From assembly GCA_963796285.1 (NCBI GenBank), contig CAWCKW010000013.1:550442-614441 (forward strand): 64,000 bases of DNA. The letters are read 5' to 3'. The notes under the pieces are model-generated. The model saw nothing but the letters and a program-made list of their open reading frames with translations, was not told where the DNA came from and did not search any database. The translations under genes and the position numbers were made by a program. This DNA comes from Nitrospirota bacterium (lineage in GTDB: Bacteria; Nitrospirota; UBA9217). Positions 9,911-21,084 of the stretch are shown here, piece by piece. How positions within the stretch are numbered: position 1 is the stretch's first letter; each line of letters starts with the position of its first letter.

Positions 9911-10882
9911 CTATGTTTTTACTATCGTCACATCTCCCGCCGCAACCGTGCGGCTCGTGTCGTCATCGAGCCCGACGATCAGCCGGCCTTCGTTGTCTAC
10001 CCCCTGTGCCAGGCCTTCGAGGGACTCGCCCGCGCCGCTCACGGTGACGCGGTTACCGATGGTCAGGTTGAGCTGTTTCCATTCTTCGAGAATATCGGCA
10101 CCATTCTTGAGGAACTTTTGATACCAACTCTCAAGGTCCCGCAGGAGTTGCTGAAGCAGCGTGGTCCGGTTTATCTTCACTCCCGCCTCTGCCGCAAGCG
10201 TGGTCGTTAGGCTGCGGACCTCGGGAGGAAGCTCGCCCATCTCCATGTTCACATCCACGCCGATCCCGAGTACGATATGACGTATGCGGTCCTGTTCCGC
10301 GCTCATCTCGGTCAGCAAACCGCTGACTTTCTTGCCGGAGATAAGGATATCATTCGGCCACTTGATGCCTGCTGCCAGTCCGCATGTTGTCCTGATCGCC
10401 GATGCAACCGCCACAGCGCCCATCAGGGTGATCAGCGGCGCCTTGTGGATCGGGACATTCGGTCGGAGGACCACGCTGAGGTAGAGATTGCCCTTTGGCG
10501 AGATCCATTTCCTGCCGAGCCTGCCTTTGCCGCCGGTCTGCGTCTCGGCGATCACCACGGTCCCTTCGGGCGCTCCGCTCGCAGCCATCTCCATGGCATG
10601 GGTGTTCGTGGATGCGACCTCGGACAAGAGATGGATCGCTTTTCCCATGACCCTGGTCTTGAGCCCCGGCTTGATATCCGCCTTTCTGAGGATATCGGGC
10701 ATGGTCATGATTTTATATCCCTGAGACGGCACAGCCTCGATCCCGAACCCCTCGCGCTCCAGCGACTTGATGTGTTTCCACACCATCGTTCGGGAGATGC
10801 CGCATTTTCTCGCCAGCTCTTCCCCGGAGATGTATCCCGAGCTCGACGACCGGAGCAGGTTCAGGATTTTTTCTTTATACAT
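9911..10882 (-). CDS. birA: Bifunctional biotin ligase / repressor
   Basis: N-terminal HTH (ISGEELA..CGISRTMVWKHI), STN, QTGGKGRLGRKW, KWPND, KKVSGLL. Confidence 0.95.
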   Translation of the reverse strand: MYKEKILNLLRSSSSGYISGEELARKCGISRTMVWKHIKSLEREGFGIEAVPSQGYKIMTMPDILRKADIKPGLKTRVMGKAIHLLSEVASTNTHAMEMAASGAPEGTVVIAETQTGGKGRLGRKWISPKGNLYLSVVLRPNVPIHKAPLITLMGAVAVASAIRTTCGLAAGIKWPNDILISGKKVSGLLTEMSAEQDRIRHIVLGIGVDVNMEMGELPPEVRSLTTTLAAEAGVKINRTTLLQQLLRDLESWYQKFLKNGADILEEWKQLNLTIGNRVTVSGAGESLEGLAQGVDNEGRLIVGLDDDTSRTVAAGDVTIVKT

Positions 10883-10893
10883 TTAATCTTCTT

Positions 10894-10980
10894 CACCGCT
10901 AAGGCGCAAGGAGCGCGAAGGTCAAAGTCGTTTAATCAAAATTAGGTTTTTCTTAGCGTCCTTCGCGACTTCGCGGTTAA
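10894..10980. repeat. Palindromic intergenic element with 9-nt-periodic arms
   Basis: accgctaaggcgcaaggagcgcgaag ... cttagcgtccttcgcgacttcgcggt. Confidence 0.65.
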
Positions 10981-11808
10981 TTATTTTATCTTCATACTGA
11001 TGTCCGCAGCCGGCGCCGAATGCGTCAAGCTTCCGGACGATACAAAATCCACGCCTGTCTCCGCGATGCGCCGAACCGTCTCAAGCGTCACGTTGCCGGA
11101 TGCTTCCACGAGAGCGCGGCCTTCGATCAGCCTCACGGCCTCGCGCATTACATCGATCGGCATATTGTCAAGCATAATAATGTCGGGCTTCGCCGCCAAC
11201 GCCTCGCGCACCTCATCGAGTGTTTTGGTCTCGACTTCGATCCTGAGAGGTGCCGGCTCTTCGTTCGTGCGGACGCGACTGCTTTCGTGATGCTTCCTGC
11301 CGCCTTGATGTGATTGTCCTTGATCAGGATCATGTCATATAATCCCATGCGATGATTCTTCCCGCCACCAATCCGCACGGCATTCTTTTCAAGCTGCCTC
11401 AAACCGGGAAGTGTTTTCCTCGTATCCAGCACCACGGCCTTGAGTCCCTTGAGCTTTTCAACATACTTTGCCGTCAACGTCGCAATACCGGACATATGCT
11501 GAAGCAGGTTAAGCGCAACTCGCTCGCCCGCCAGAAGCGCTCTCGTATTACCGGACAGCCGCGCAAGCTCAGTACCCGCATGGATGATGTCGCCGTCCTT
11601 CGCAAAGGCGGTGAACTGAATGGTCGGATCAAGATGAGAGGAACACTTCCCTGCTCACCTCTATCCCGGCAAGCACCAGGTGCTGCTTCGCCAGCATCAC
11701 GGCTTCGGACGTGGATTCAGAGGGGATGGTCGCCTCGGAGGTTACATCACCGGAGCCGAGGTCTTCCGCAAGAGCTTTTTCGATGAGCTCGTTTAAAGAA
11801 TAATCCAT
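10981..11808 (-). CDS. nadC: Quinolinate phosphoribosyltransferase; frameshifted (probable sequence errors)
   Basis: [24 protein letters not shown]; [36 protein letters not shown]; DIIMLDNM; EASGNV; SSGSLTHSA, spread over three frames. Confidence 0.9.
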
Positions 11809-11834
11809 TGGGCTTCAACTTTGAGCATTGGATT

Positions 11835-14556
11835 TTATTCCCCCAGCATTTTCAAGCTCTGCTCCAGCTTCTCACGCTTGATCCTGAACTCCTCAAGCTT
11901 CGCCGTGTCCTTTTCCACGACTTCCTTCGGCGCCTTATCAACGAAATTCTTGTTAGAAAGCTTTTTAGAAAATACCTCGATATCTTTTGAGATCTTTGCG
12001 ATCTCTTTCCGAAGCCGGTCGCGTTCCTGGTTGAGGTCGAGCAGACCTTCGAGCGGCACATAGACCTCTGCGCCGGCGATCACCGCTGTAGCCACGGACA
12101 CGGGCTTTGCTTCAGACACGCCTATGCGCAGCTCCTTGATCCGCGCAAGGGTCTTTGCATATCCGGCGTTTTTCTCAAGGTGGTCACCGAGCTCCCTGGT
12201 CTCCACTTTCACGATAACGATAATCTGCATGGACGGCGCTATGTTCATCTCGCCGCGTATGTTCCGGATCGCCAGGATCAGGTCCATGACCATCTGCATG
12301 TCCCGCTCGATCCCGGCATTGATCAGTTTCTCATCCGCTATGGGATACGGTGATACCATGATTGAGTCACGTCTGACTCCTGACGCCTGGCTCCTGACCT
12401 TATCCGGCAGCGCCTGCCATATTTCCTCGGTGATGAACGGCATGATCGGATGCAGCAGGCGAAGCGCGGATTCGAGAACCTGGGCAAGCACGGTCAGTGT
12501 CGCTTGCCTCGATGCAGATCCCTTTTCCTCGTATAAGACCGGCTTGGACAACTCGAGATACCAGTCGCAGTACTCATGCCAGATGAAGTGATAAAGCGAC
12601 GAGGCGACATCGTTGAACCGATAATCAACGAGCGCTGCCCGCATGTCTTTCGCGACCGAGTTCAAGCGTGAGAGGATCCAGCGATCGGCAAGGGACGAGT
12701 CCGGCGTCAGGAGTTCAGCGTTCGGGGAAAAATCATCGTCAAGATTCATGAAGACAAAGCGGCTCGCGTTCCAGATCTTGTTCGCAAAATTCCGGTAGCC
12801 TTCGATGCGCTCAGGCGCAAGCTTGATGTCTCTGCCCTGGGCAGCGAACGCCGTAAGCGTGAATCGGAACGCATCGGTCCCGTACTGATCGATCATAACG
12901 AGCGGGTCAATAACATTGCCCTTGGACTTGCTCATCTTCTGTCCTTCGGCGTCGCGCACGAGCGCATGGATATAAACGTCCCGGAACGGTACCTCTTTCA
13001 TAAAGTGGAGCCCCATCATGATCATCCGCGCCACCCAAAAGAAGATGATGTCAAAGCTCGTGATAAGCACTGACGTAGGATAGTACGACTCAAGCTCTTT
13101 GGTCTTGTCCGGCCAGCCAAGCGTGGAGAAGGGCCAGAGCGCCGACGAGAACCAGGTATCGAGAACGTCCGTCTCCTGCCGGATGTTTTGCTGCCGCATT
13201 TGCTGCAGGCCGACAGCATCGGTGCGGCTCACTGTGATCGTGCCGCAGTCGTCGCAATACCATGCAGGTATTCGGTGTCCCCACCAGATCTGGCGCGAGA
13301 TGCACCAGTCCTTGATGTTCCGCATCCACTCGAAGTAGGTGTTCTCCCAACCCTTGGGAACGAACTGCACCTGGCCGTCCTCGACGACTTTGATCGCGGG
13401 CTCGGCGAGCGGTCCGGTCTTCACGAACCACTGGGGAGAAAGATAGGGCTCAACAACGGTTTTGCAGCGGTAGCACTTGCCTATGGAATGCGCATGGTCA
13501 TCGGTCTTGACCATGAAGCCCCGCTCCTGGAGCAGTTCCACAACCATACCGCGGGCCTTCTTCGCCGGCTTTCCCGCGATCATGCTTCAGCACGTCGGGA
13601 AGCACATCGGGAATGTCGGCAAGGATCTCAGCCTTGTCATTCAGCATTTTGATGCGCGGTAAGCTCCGGCTTCTGCCGTTGTCCTGCCTCATAGTCGTTG
13701 AAGTCATGCGCAGGGGTGACCTTGACTGCGCCTGTGCCGAACTCAAGGTCCACAAGAATCGAGTCGCCGATGATCGGGATCTTCCTGCTCGTAAGCGGAA
13801 GGTCAACGGTCTTGCCGATCAAGTCCTTATAGCGCGGGTCAAGCGGGTGGACTGCAACGGCCGTGTCTCCGAGCATGGTCTCGGGCCGCGTGGTCGCGAC
13901 GGTCAGTCGGATAGTGTGGTCGTGGCTCAGGGGATAAGCAATATGGTAGAGCTTGCCCTTCTCGTCCTCATGCTCCACCTCGATATCCGACAGCGCAGTG
14001 TGACAGCGCGGGCACCAATTGATCAGCCGCTCGCCGCGGTAGATGAGCCCTTCTTCGTAAAGCGTGACAAAGACCTCACTCACTGCTTTCGAAAGACCTT
14101 CGTCCATCGTGAACCGTTCGCGGTCCCAGTCACAGGACGCGCCCATGCCGCTTGAGTTGGTTGATGATCCTGCCGCCGTATTCCTTTTTCCATTCCCAGA
14201 CCTTCTCGATAAAGGCTTCTCTCGCCCGAGTGCATGTGCCGATCAACGTATTCTTTCGCCAGCTGACGCTCAACCACGTTCTGAGTGGCGATGCCTGCGT
14301 GGTCCGTGCCCGGCACCCAGAGGGTATTTCTACCGGACATGCGCATCCAGCGAATCAGGATGTCCTGGAGCGTGGAGTTCAACGCGTGGCCGATATGGAG
14401 CGAGCCGGTCACGTTCGGCGGCGGGATCACGATCGAGAAGGGCGCACCACCGGCGTTCTCGTCGGCATGAAAATACTTTTTCTCCAGCCAGAAGTCATAC
14501 CACTTTTCTTCCACCGATTTCGGGTCGTAGGCCTTGGGTAATTCACGTGATGACAT
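11835..14556 (-). CDS. valS: Valyl-tRNA synthetase; frameshifted in several places (probable sequence errors)
   Basis: [14 protein letters not shown] (HIGH), [42 protein letters not shown] and a C-terminal coiled coil, across ORFs 14080-14556, 13637-14146 and 11835-13583. Confidence 0.95.
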
Positions 14557-14592
14557 CGATGATACTCTCCTTATGATGATGCGCCCGCTTAG

Positions 14593-14618
14593 AAAAAAAA
14601 GAGGGGAGCAAGTCCCCT
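14593..14618 (-). terminator. Intrinsic terminator between the romR-like gene and valS
   Basis: Minus strand agggga-cttgc-tcccct, then c and a T8 run. Confidence 0.65.
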
Positions 14619-14743
14619 GTGATGAAATTCATAATTTTAAGTTTCTAATCCCAAACAAAGCCTTCTGTCCGATTGCCAGATTCAAACCGTTTTAAGATTT
14701 GATACCTGGCGTAAAAAATATATTTGGTTCTTGGGATAAATGT

Positions 14744-16387
14744 TTATGTTTCCGCTTTCAACCGCTCGATCTCCTCTTTGATCATGACTTCTGCAAGGTG
14801 AGGGATCACTTCCCAAGCCACTTTCTCAATTACCTCTCGTGCGACTTCACGGGCGATCTGCAGAACGGCTTCCTCGATCCCCCTCCTCACCGTTTCCTCG
14901 GAGATCTTCGGAACGGGCGGGGGGGGCATGTCTTTAAATACCTCCCGCGCCATACGGGAGACGGTTTCTTCCGCCATCTTCCGCAGTTCGCCCGCAGGCA
15001 CCGATGGTGGCTGCTGAACGGGCCTTTTTTCGAGTATCTCTTCCACCGTTTTCACGGCCACGTTTTCGACCATCCCCCTGAGCGTTTCGTCGGAAAGCTG
15101 CGGAACCGTTGTCAATGGCTGCTTTTGCAAAAACTCTGTCGCAATTTTCTCCACGGCCTCTTCAGCGACACTCCACATATCGCTCGGGGAAAGTGCAGGT
15201 GGCTGGGTAGCGGGCGCCTTTTCTAAAGCCTCTTTCGTCATGCTCGATACTTTTTCTTCAACCATGGCGCGAAGGGTCGCATCGGAAATCTGCGGCGGCT
15301 GGACCGGCGGAAGGTTTGCAAACGCTTCCCTGGCCATCTTGGCGACCGTCTCTTCCGCTATGCCCCATACTTCGCTCGCGGAAAGCGTCGGCGTTTGCGG
15401 TACCGGCATTTTATCGATAGCCTCTTTCGCCATGCGCGAGACTTTTTCTTCAATCATGGCGCGAAGGGTCGCATCGGAAATCTGCGGCGGCTGGACCGGC
15501 GGAAGGTTTGCAAACACGTCCCTGGCCATCGTGGCAATGGTCGTTTCCGCTATCTTACGCAACTCAGCCTCAGGCAGCGTAGATGCCTGGACCGAAGACG
15601 GGATGGGGCGCTGAGGCGAAGGGCTTGGGGTTTTTGGCGTGAACGCTGCCGGAAGCTCTGCCGCCATTGCCTTGTCAAGGGATTCTATCGTGACGATCTC
15701 GGGCTGGGGTTCTTTTTTCTCCCCGGTCAGGCCCAGTCCCACCCGCATCTCTTCCACGGCCTTGGCGCCGACCGGCAACGCTTTTGCCACGTCGCGGGTG
15801 AGCGGCTCTTCAACCTCTTCCACGACAGGCTCAACTTCGTATACAGTCTCCTCCTCAACCGGTGCGGCTGCTCTCACGAGGTCCGCCTGAGTAGGGGCCT
15901 CGCTGATAATATCAAATATATCCGGCGGCGCTTTTTTTGGTTTGGCCGGTGCCGCCGGCGGTACGGGTGCGGCAGGCTCATACGCGGCCGAGGGCGCGGC
16001 CTCGGCTCGTTGCGGCGGGGCCGCGGCAATCGCTTTTTTCACTTTGCCGATAAGTTCCTGGGACTCAAAAGGCTTGGCAATGTTGTCGATGATCCCTGCC
16101 TGTTTCCCCTTTGCGCCGTCATACACGTCGTCCCTGCTCATCATGAGAATGACCGGCGCCTGCGCAAGCTGAGGATTCTGTTTCAGCCGCGTCGCAAAGG
16201 AATAGCCGTCGATGCGCGGCAGGTCAACATCCACCAGCACCACGTCGGGGACTACCCGCTTTGCTTCGTTCAGGGCCGTCTCTCCGTCGCTGACGCAAAC
16301 GACCTCATAGTCTCTTCCAGAAAAAAGCATTTCCACTACTTTCTGGATGGTGATACTTTTGTCGGCCAACAGTATTTTAACTGGCAT
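14744..16387 (-). CDS. RomR-like response regulator: REC, Pro/Glu-rich linker, eight 32-aa repeats, conserved C-terminal helix
   Basis: N-terminal receiver (KILLADKSITIQKVV...VLVDVDLP...KPF). C-terminus REVIEKVAWEVIPHLAEVMIKEEIERL matches the RomR C-terminal motif as I know it from myxobacteria. Confidence 0.75.
   Translation of the reverse strand: MPVKILLADKSITIQKVVEMLFSGRDYEVVCVSDGETALNEAKRVVPDVVLVDVDLPRIDGYSFATRLKQNPQLAQAPVILMMSRDDVYDGAKGKQAGIIDNIAKPFESQELIGKVKKAIAAAPPQRAEAAPSAAYEPAAPVPPAAPAKPKKAPPDIFDIISEAPTQADLVRAAAPVEEETVYEVEPVVEEVEEPLTRDVAKALPVGAKAVEEMRVGLGLTGEKKEPQPEIVTIESLDKAMAAELPAAFTPKTPSPSPQRPIPSSVQASTLPEAELRKIAETTIATMARDVFANLPPVQPPQISDATLRAMIEEKVSRMAKEAIDKMPVPQTPTLSASEVWGIAEETVAKMAREAFANLPPVQPPQISDATLRAMVEEKVSSMTKEALEKAPATQPPALSPSDMWSVAEEAVEKIATEFLQKQPLTTVPQLSDETLRGMVENVAVKTVEEILEKRPVQQPPSVPAGELRKMAEETVSRMAREVFKDMPPPPVPKISEETVRRGIEEAVLQIAREVAREVIEKVAWEVIPHLAEVMIKEEIERLKAET
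14810..15577 (-). repeat. Intragenic tandem repeat, 8 x 96 nt (32 aa); best-conserved pair at a 192-nt period
   Basis: Segments at about 15254-15360 and 15446-15552 are near-identical; units such as ISDATLRAMIEEKVSRMAKEAIDKMPVPQTPT. Confidence 0.85.
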
Positions 16388-16575
16388 GGAGCAGCCTTTC
16401 AAAAAAGAGAATTAGTATTTCCTGATCATCTTCGAATGCAATCTCTTTGACTGACTTCATTCCAACCCCCTGCGTTTTTCGGGTGTCCTGCCTGGGCCGG
16501 GCTTTCCGGTTTTGTAATCTTTTCCATACTGATACTACCAGAAATCGTATGACGGCGTCCATAGTTGTGTGCTGA

Positions 16576-19155
16576 TCATGTCCGGCCTGCAAGAGCGACG
16601 CCGCTCAAGATCCTTTTGAGCGTCCCGAGCAGCTCCTGCTCCTCAAAGGGCTTTACCAGGTAGTCCTGCGCGCCCATTTCCCGCGCCTTCTGCCGGTGTT
16701 TCTCCCCTGCCCGGGAGGTCAGCACGATGACCGGGATGTTCATGAGTTCCAGGCTTTTCCTCATCTCGGCCATCAGATCATATCCGTGCATGACGGGCAT
16801 CTCGAGGTCGGTGATCACGGCGTCGAATTTCATCCCGCCCATGATGGTGAGCGCCTCCATGCCGTCGGACGCCACCTCCACCTCGTACCCCATACGGTCA
16901 AGGAAGCGCTGCACGTATTTACGGATGCTGATAGAGTCATCGACGACCAGAAGCTTCAGCTTCCGTTTCAAGGACTCCGGAATCACTGCCTCTTTCGCCA
17001 GGGCAACACGGGCCGCGGAGGTCACCAGCACCTCGTCGCCGAAGAGCGATGCGATGTTGAGAATAAGCCTCACGTTCCCTTCTCCGGAGATCGTCGCACC
17101 GGAGAAGAGTTTGATGCCCTTCAGGTAGTCGCCCAGTGACTTCACCACGATCTCTTCCCGGCCGGTGATCGCCTCCACCATGACCGCGAGGCGCTTTTCC
17201 GCCATGCCGAGGATCAGTGTGGGATGGCGATAGGTCTCATCCTTCTTCGGGAACGTGCCCACGCCGAGCAGTTCGTTCAGCTTGAGAAGCCGGACCAGTG
17301 AGCCGCGGAGGTTCACCATCTCTTCGCCGGGTGCCTGCTGGATGTCCTTATAGGAGAAACGCGTAGTCTCTTCCACAAGGCTCATGGGCACAGCCATCTC
17401 CTGGTCCTTGAGTTTTACGATCAGGGACTGAGTAATGGCCAGGGTAAGCGGCAGGCGGATCAGAAACTTGGTACCCACGCCCTTGTCGGTCGTTATCTCG
17501 AACCTGCCGTTGATCCTCGCGATCTGCGTGGAGACCACATCCATGCCCACGCCCCGGCCCGAAACCCTGCTTATTGTTGATGCCGTGGAGAAGCCGGGAC
17601 GGAATATCAGGTTGATCGCTTCAACATCCGTCAGGGATTGCGATTCCGCTGCGCTCATGAATCCCTTATCCACGGCGGCCTTCCGGAGCGAGACCGGGTC
17701 CATGCCGCGGCCGTCATCCTCGATCTCAAGGATGATGTTGTTGCCTTCATGGCGGGCACTCAGGATCAACACGCCTGTTGGATCTTTTCCCAGCGCTGTT
17801 CGCTCGGCAGGCGATTCGATGCCGTGGGAAACGGCATTTCTGATCATGTGCATAAGCGGGTCAGAGATGGTCTCGAAGATCGTCTTGTCGACCGTGGTCT
17901 CTCCGCCCAAGACCACCAATTTCAGCAGCTTCCCCTCTTCCTGTGCAAGGTCGCGGACGGGCCGCTGGAATAGCTGGTAGAGCTTGTCCATCTCGACCAT
18001 GCGGGCCATAGTGATCTCGTCCTGCAGGTTCGTCGTAATCGTGGAGATCCGCGCCGTATCAAGCTCGAAGGAATCAAAGAACCCCACAAGCTCGGCCATG
18101 ATCTCGTTTGTGTCATTCGTGATCTCTGTCAGCTTTCGTGACAGGAGATTGAAGTCATCGTACCGGTCGAACTCCAGTTCGAGAAAATCGCCGGACTGCA
18201 CCGCCTCCGGCTGGCCGGGCGCTTCAACGCTCAGCGTATACTCATACTTTTCTTCGAACTTCTTGATCTCGTGCATCAGGCGGGACTGGCTGAATGCAAG
18301 TTCTTCACGAAGCGATTTGATGAAATCAACCTGGCGCGCAAGCCCGTTCCTGTTCACGATCATCTCGCCTACGAGATTCATCAGGTTGTCGAGCCGATCG
18401 ACATCGACGCGGATAAACTGCTTTTCCAGGTCGATCGTATCCGCAGTGCGACGGCCGACCCCGCGTTTTTCATGGAGTCCGGTCTTCTTGGCCTCATCGA
18501 TCTCCTGCTTGAGCGGAATCCCGGTTGCAGACTGCACTAAAGGAGCCAACGGGACGGACGGCGTCTGCTGCGGAGCCATCGTCAGAAACTCGTCTTCGGC
18601 CTCCTCGTGGACAGGCTCCACGGCAAGGGGCTCCTCGGCAGCCGCTCCGAACGCGTTCTCCCAAGCCAGGTCGATAGCGTTTTGTGACTGCTGAGCCGAC
18701 TGAGTTGCCCCCGCCGCCTCCCCGGAGAACGCCTCGTCCGGCGCGGCCGGCATTTTCGGAAAATGCTCGATAACGTCCTTGTACGCCCGGGTGATGCTCT
18801 CTACCACGAGTGCGTCCTCGGGCCGATTGGCTGCAACACTGTCGACCATGAGCTTGACGGCATCCACGCTATCGAAAAGAAAGTTCAGGGTTTCCTTGCA
18901 AATGGGCAGGGCACCGGAACGGAACTGGCCGAGCATGTCCTCGGCCGTGTGCGCTACATCGCTGACACCTTGGAACCCCATCATGGCGGCGGACCCTTTA
19001 AGCGTGTGCGCGGCGCGGAAGAGCTCATCGATCAGGTCTAGGTCAGACGGAGACTTCTCAAGAGACAAAAGCCCCTTGTCCAGGTTCTGGAGGTGCTCGC
19101 CAGCCTCAATGAGAAAAAATTCTATAATACTTGATTTGTCTAATGACCCTGTCAT
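16576..19155 (-). CDS. cheA: Hybrid CheA-type kinase (Hpt, dimerisation, HATPase, CheW, REC); ChpA/TaxAY-like
   Basis: ELFRAAHTLKGSA, IRVDVDRLDNLMNLVGEM, HMIRNAVSHGIE, DDGRGM, SGRGVGMDVV, LPLTL and a C-terminal receiver. Confidence 0.93.
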   Translation of the reverse strand: MTGSLDKSSIIEFFLIEAGEHLQNLDKGLLSLEKSPSDLDLIDELFRAAHTLKGSAAMMGFQGVSDVAHTAEDMLGQFRSGALPICKETLNFLFDSVDAVKLMVDSVAANRPEDALVVESITRAYKDVIEHFPKMPAAPDEAFSGEAAGATQSAQQSQNAIDLAWENAFGAAAEEPLAVEPVHEEAEDEFLTMAPQQTPSVPLAPLVQSATGIPLKQEIDEAKKTGLHEKRGVGRRTADTIDLEKQFIRVDVDRLDNLMNLVGEMIVNRNGLARQVDFIKSLREELAFSQSRLMHEIKKFEEKYEYTLSVEAPGQPEAVQSGDFLELEFDRYDDFNLLSRKLTEITNDTNEIMAELVGFFDSFELDTARISTITTNLQDEITMARMVEMDKLYQLFQRPVRDLAQEEGKLLKLVVLGGETTVDKTIFETISDPLMHMIRNAVSHGIESPAERTALGKDPTGVLILSARHEGNNIILEIEDDGRGMDPVSLRKAAVDKGFMSAAESQSLTDVEAINLIFRPGFSTASTISRVSGRGVGMDVVSTQIARINGRFEITTDKGVGTKFLIRLPLTLAITQSLIVKLKDQEMAVPMSLVEETTRFSYKDIQQAPGEEMVNLRGSLVRLLKLNELLGVGTFPKKDETYRHPTLILGMAEKRLAVMVEAITGREEIVVKSLGDYLKGIKLFSGATISGEGNVRLILNIASLFGDEVLVTSAARVALAKEAVIPESLKRKLKLLVVDDSISIRKYVQRFLDRMGYEVEVASDGMEALTIMGGMKFDAVITDLEMPVMHGYDLMAEMRKSLELMNIPVIVLTSRAGEKHRQKAREMGAQDYLVKPFEEQELLGTLKRILSGVALAGRT

Positions 19156-19160
19156 ACGGT

Positions 19161-21026
19161 CTATTTTATGAACCCGAGATTGATCTCCTCGTCACTCGTG
19201 GTCACCTTCTCCGAAACCGCCGGATAGCCCTCCAGCGAGGGAGGCGAGTTCTCGCCGAACGCCGACGGGACACTCAGCTCCCTGCCGAGCTTGAATCTGC
19301 CGATCGCGTCGTTCAACTGCTGGGTCAGGCCCGCAAGACCGCCGATCGTTGCCACGGTGTCCTGCACGCCGCGCGCAGTCTCCTGCGTCAGCTGCGATAT
19401 GTTGTCCATGGTGTGCGCCACGCTCTCGGTCGATTTCACGTGGTCGCCCGCCGCCCTCGTAATGTCCGTCATGAGGTTCGAGGTCTGTTTGACGATCTGC
19501 TCAATTTCACGGAGCGCGGCCCCGGCCTGATCGGCAAGCTTTGTGCCTTCCTCCACCTCACGCGTTCCTGCTTCCATGACGGTCACTGCCTCGCTCGTCT
19601 CGACCTGGATGCCCTTGATAAGACCGGTGATGTCCTTCGTTGCGCGGGCAGCGCGTTCGGCGAGCTTCCGCACTTCATCTGCAACCACGGCGAAACCCTT
19701 GCCATGCTCACCGGCGCGGGCGGCCTCGATCGCGGCATTCAGCGCAAGCATGTTCGTCTGAGTCGCGATTTCGCTGATAACCTCAATAATGGCGCCGATC
19801 TCAAGGGAGCGCTCGCCCAGGCCTTTGATTTTTTTGCCGGTGGACTGCACCGTTGCGCGAATGCGCTGCATCCCTTTTATGGTTTCCGCCACGGCCGTTC
19901 CACCCTTGACCGCCGCCTGAGTCGCCTCGACCGAGGTCTGGGTCGCGGCTTTCGCGTTCTCGGCCATCCGCTGCGTGGTATGGGACATGGCGTTCACCGC
20001 CTCGGACGCGTTCCGGATCTGCGAAGACTGCTGTGAGGCTGCTATCCGCATGCTCTCGGCAGAGTGAAGGATTCCCGAGGTGGAGCGCCGGATCTCGACG
20101 GCCACATTGCTTGCCTGGGTCACGAGCGACATAAGACCGGCAATCATGAGATTGAATGCGTCGGCAACGGATCCAAGGGAGTCGGCGGTCACTTCCGCTT
20201 TCACGGTGAGGTCGCCTTCCGCAGCGGTGCTCACAATCGTGAGCAGGTCCATGATCTGGTCCTGCATTTTGTCCCGGTCGGACTCGCTCTGGACCAGGCC
20301 CTGGAGGCGGTCGATCGTCCGGTTGAGCGTGTCGCCCAGCTGGCCAAGTTCGTCGCCCGTGTTCACCTCGGCCCTTTGCGAAAGGTCGCCGCGGCCAAGG
20401 GATTCAGCAACCCTCATGAGGTCATTCACCGGCCTGATGATGATGGCTGTCAGTACCAGGGTAAAGACGAGAAGGACAATCAGCGCCACAGCGCCGACCC
20501 CCATGATGTACATAAGGAAATTCCTGATATTCGATTTGATCCGCGTTATGTTCAAGCCCACGTGCACCGAGCCGAGGGTGCCACCGGAAATGGGCGTGGC
20601 GATATCAAGGACCTCGATAACGCTGTCGCCAAGTTGAATGTGTGCGGACTCCGGCGGGACGCCCGGCTGCGGCGAAGTGATGTTCTTTAGCGCCTCCGGA
20701 ACCGCATTCCCTTCAAAGGATGATGAGAGCACTTTTCCCCGGCCGTCCTGGATGAAACTGTACGCCACATCCTGTTGGCTCATGGCCTCACCCTGAATTG
20801 ATCGAAGCGCGTTGAGGTCCTCCACCTGCACCGGTTCGACCGCCTTGACACTCAGGCTGTCCGCCACGATATGGGTCTTGATTATCGCCTGCTCCTTGAA
20901 GGTGTTCTGAATCTCTACGTAGATGAACGCAAGGATGCCGGCTCCGAAAACAGCCGCCAGGGAAATGATCATAAGCACGATCTTGGTCCTGATGCTCCAA
21001 CGGTAGAAAGGATTCCAACTTTTCAT
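19161..21026 (-). CDS. Methyl-accepting chemotaxis protein (PilJ-like): two TM segments, periplasmic sensor, HAMP
   Basis: Hairpin tip [36 protein letters not shown]; [15 protein letters not shown]; SD AAGGAG before ATG 21026. Confidence 0.93.
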   Translation of the reverse strand: MKSWNPFYRWSIRTKIVLMIISLAAVFGAGILAFIYVEIQNTFKEQAIIKTHIVADSLSVKAVEPVQVEDLNALRSIQGEAMSQQDVAYSFIQDGRGKVLSSSFEGNAVPEALKNITSPQPGVPPESAHIQLGDSVIEVLDIATPISGGTLGSVHVGLNITRIKSNIRNFLMYIMGVGAVALIVLLVFTLVLTAIIIRPVNDLMRVAESLGRGDLSQRAEVNTGDELGQLGDTLNRTIDRLQGLVQSESDRDKMQDQIMDLLTIVSTAAEGDLTVKAEVTADSLGSVADAFNLMIAGLMSLVTQASNVAVEIRRSTSGILHSAESMRIAASQQSSQIRNASEAVNAMSHTTQRMAENAKAATQTSVEATQAAVKGGTAVAETIKGMQRIRATVQSTGKKIKGLGERSLEIGAIIEVISEIATQTNMLALNAAIEAARAGEHGKGFAVVADEVRKLAERAARATKDITGLIKGIQVETSEAVTVMEAGTREVEEGTKLADQAGAALREIEQIVKQTSNLMTDITRAAGDHVKSTESVAHTMDNISQLTQETARGVQDTVATIGGLAGLTQQLNDAIGRFKLGRELSVPSAFGENSPPSLEGYPAVSEKVTTSDEEINLGFIK

Positions 21027-21084
21027 AGTTCTGCTCCTTATGGTCAAGACGCGACCTGCGAGACGGCAACGAGGCTTCCCGGTC

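Noticed and set aside
11148-14250. Programmed frameshifting in valS or nadC
   Set aside because: Multiple irregular shifts in both directions without consistent slippery sites; sequencing error is simpler.
14557-14743. T-box riboswitch for valS
   Set aside because: No T-box consensus or specifier stem recognisable; only a terminator.
14810-15577. Regularly spaced repeats as a possible CRISPR array
   Set aside because: In-frame coding repeats with no unique spacers and no cas genes.
15395-16450. 351-aa Arg-rich plus-strand ORF
   Set aside because: Antisense to the romR-like gene; its composition mirrors the Pro/Ala codons.
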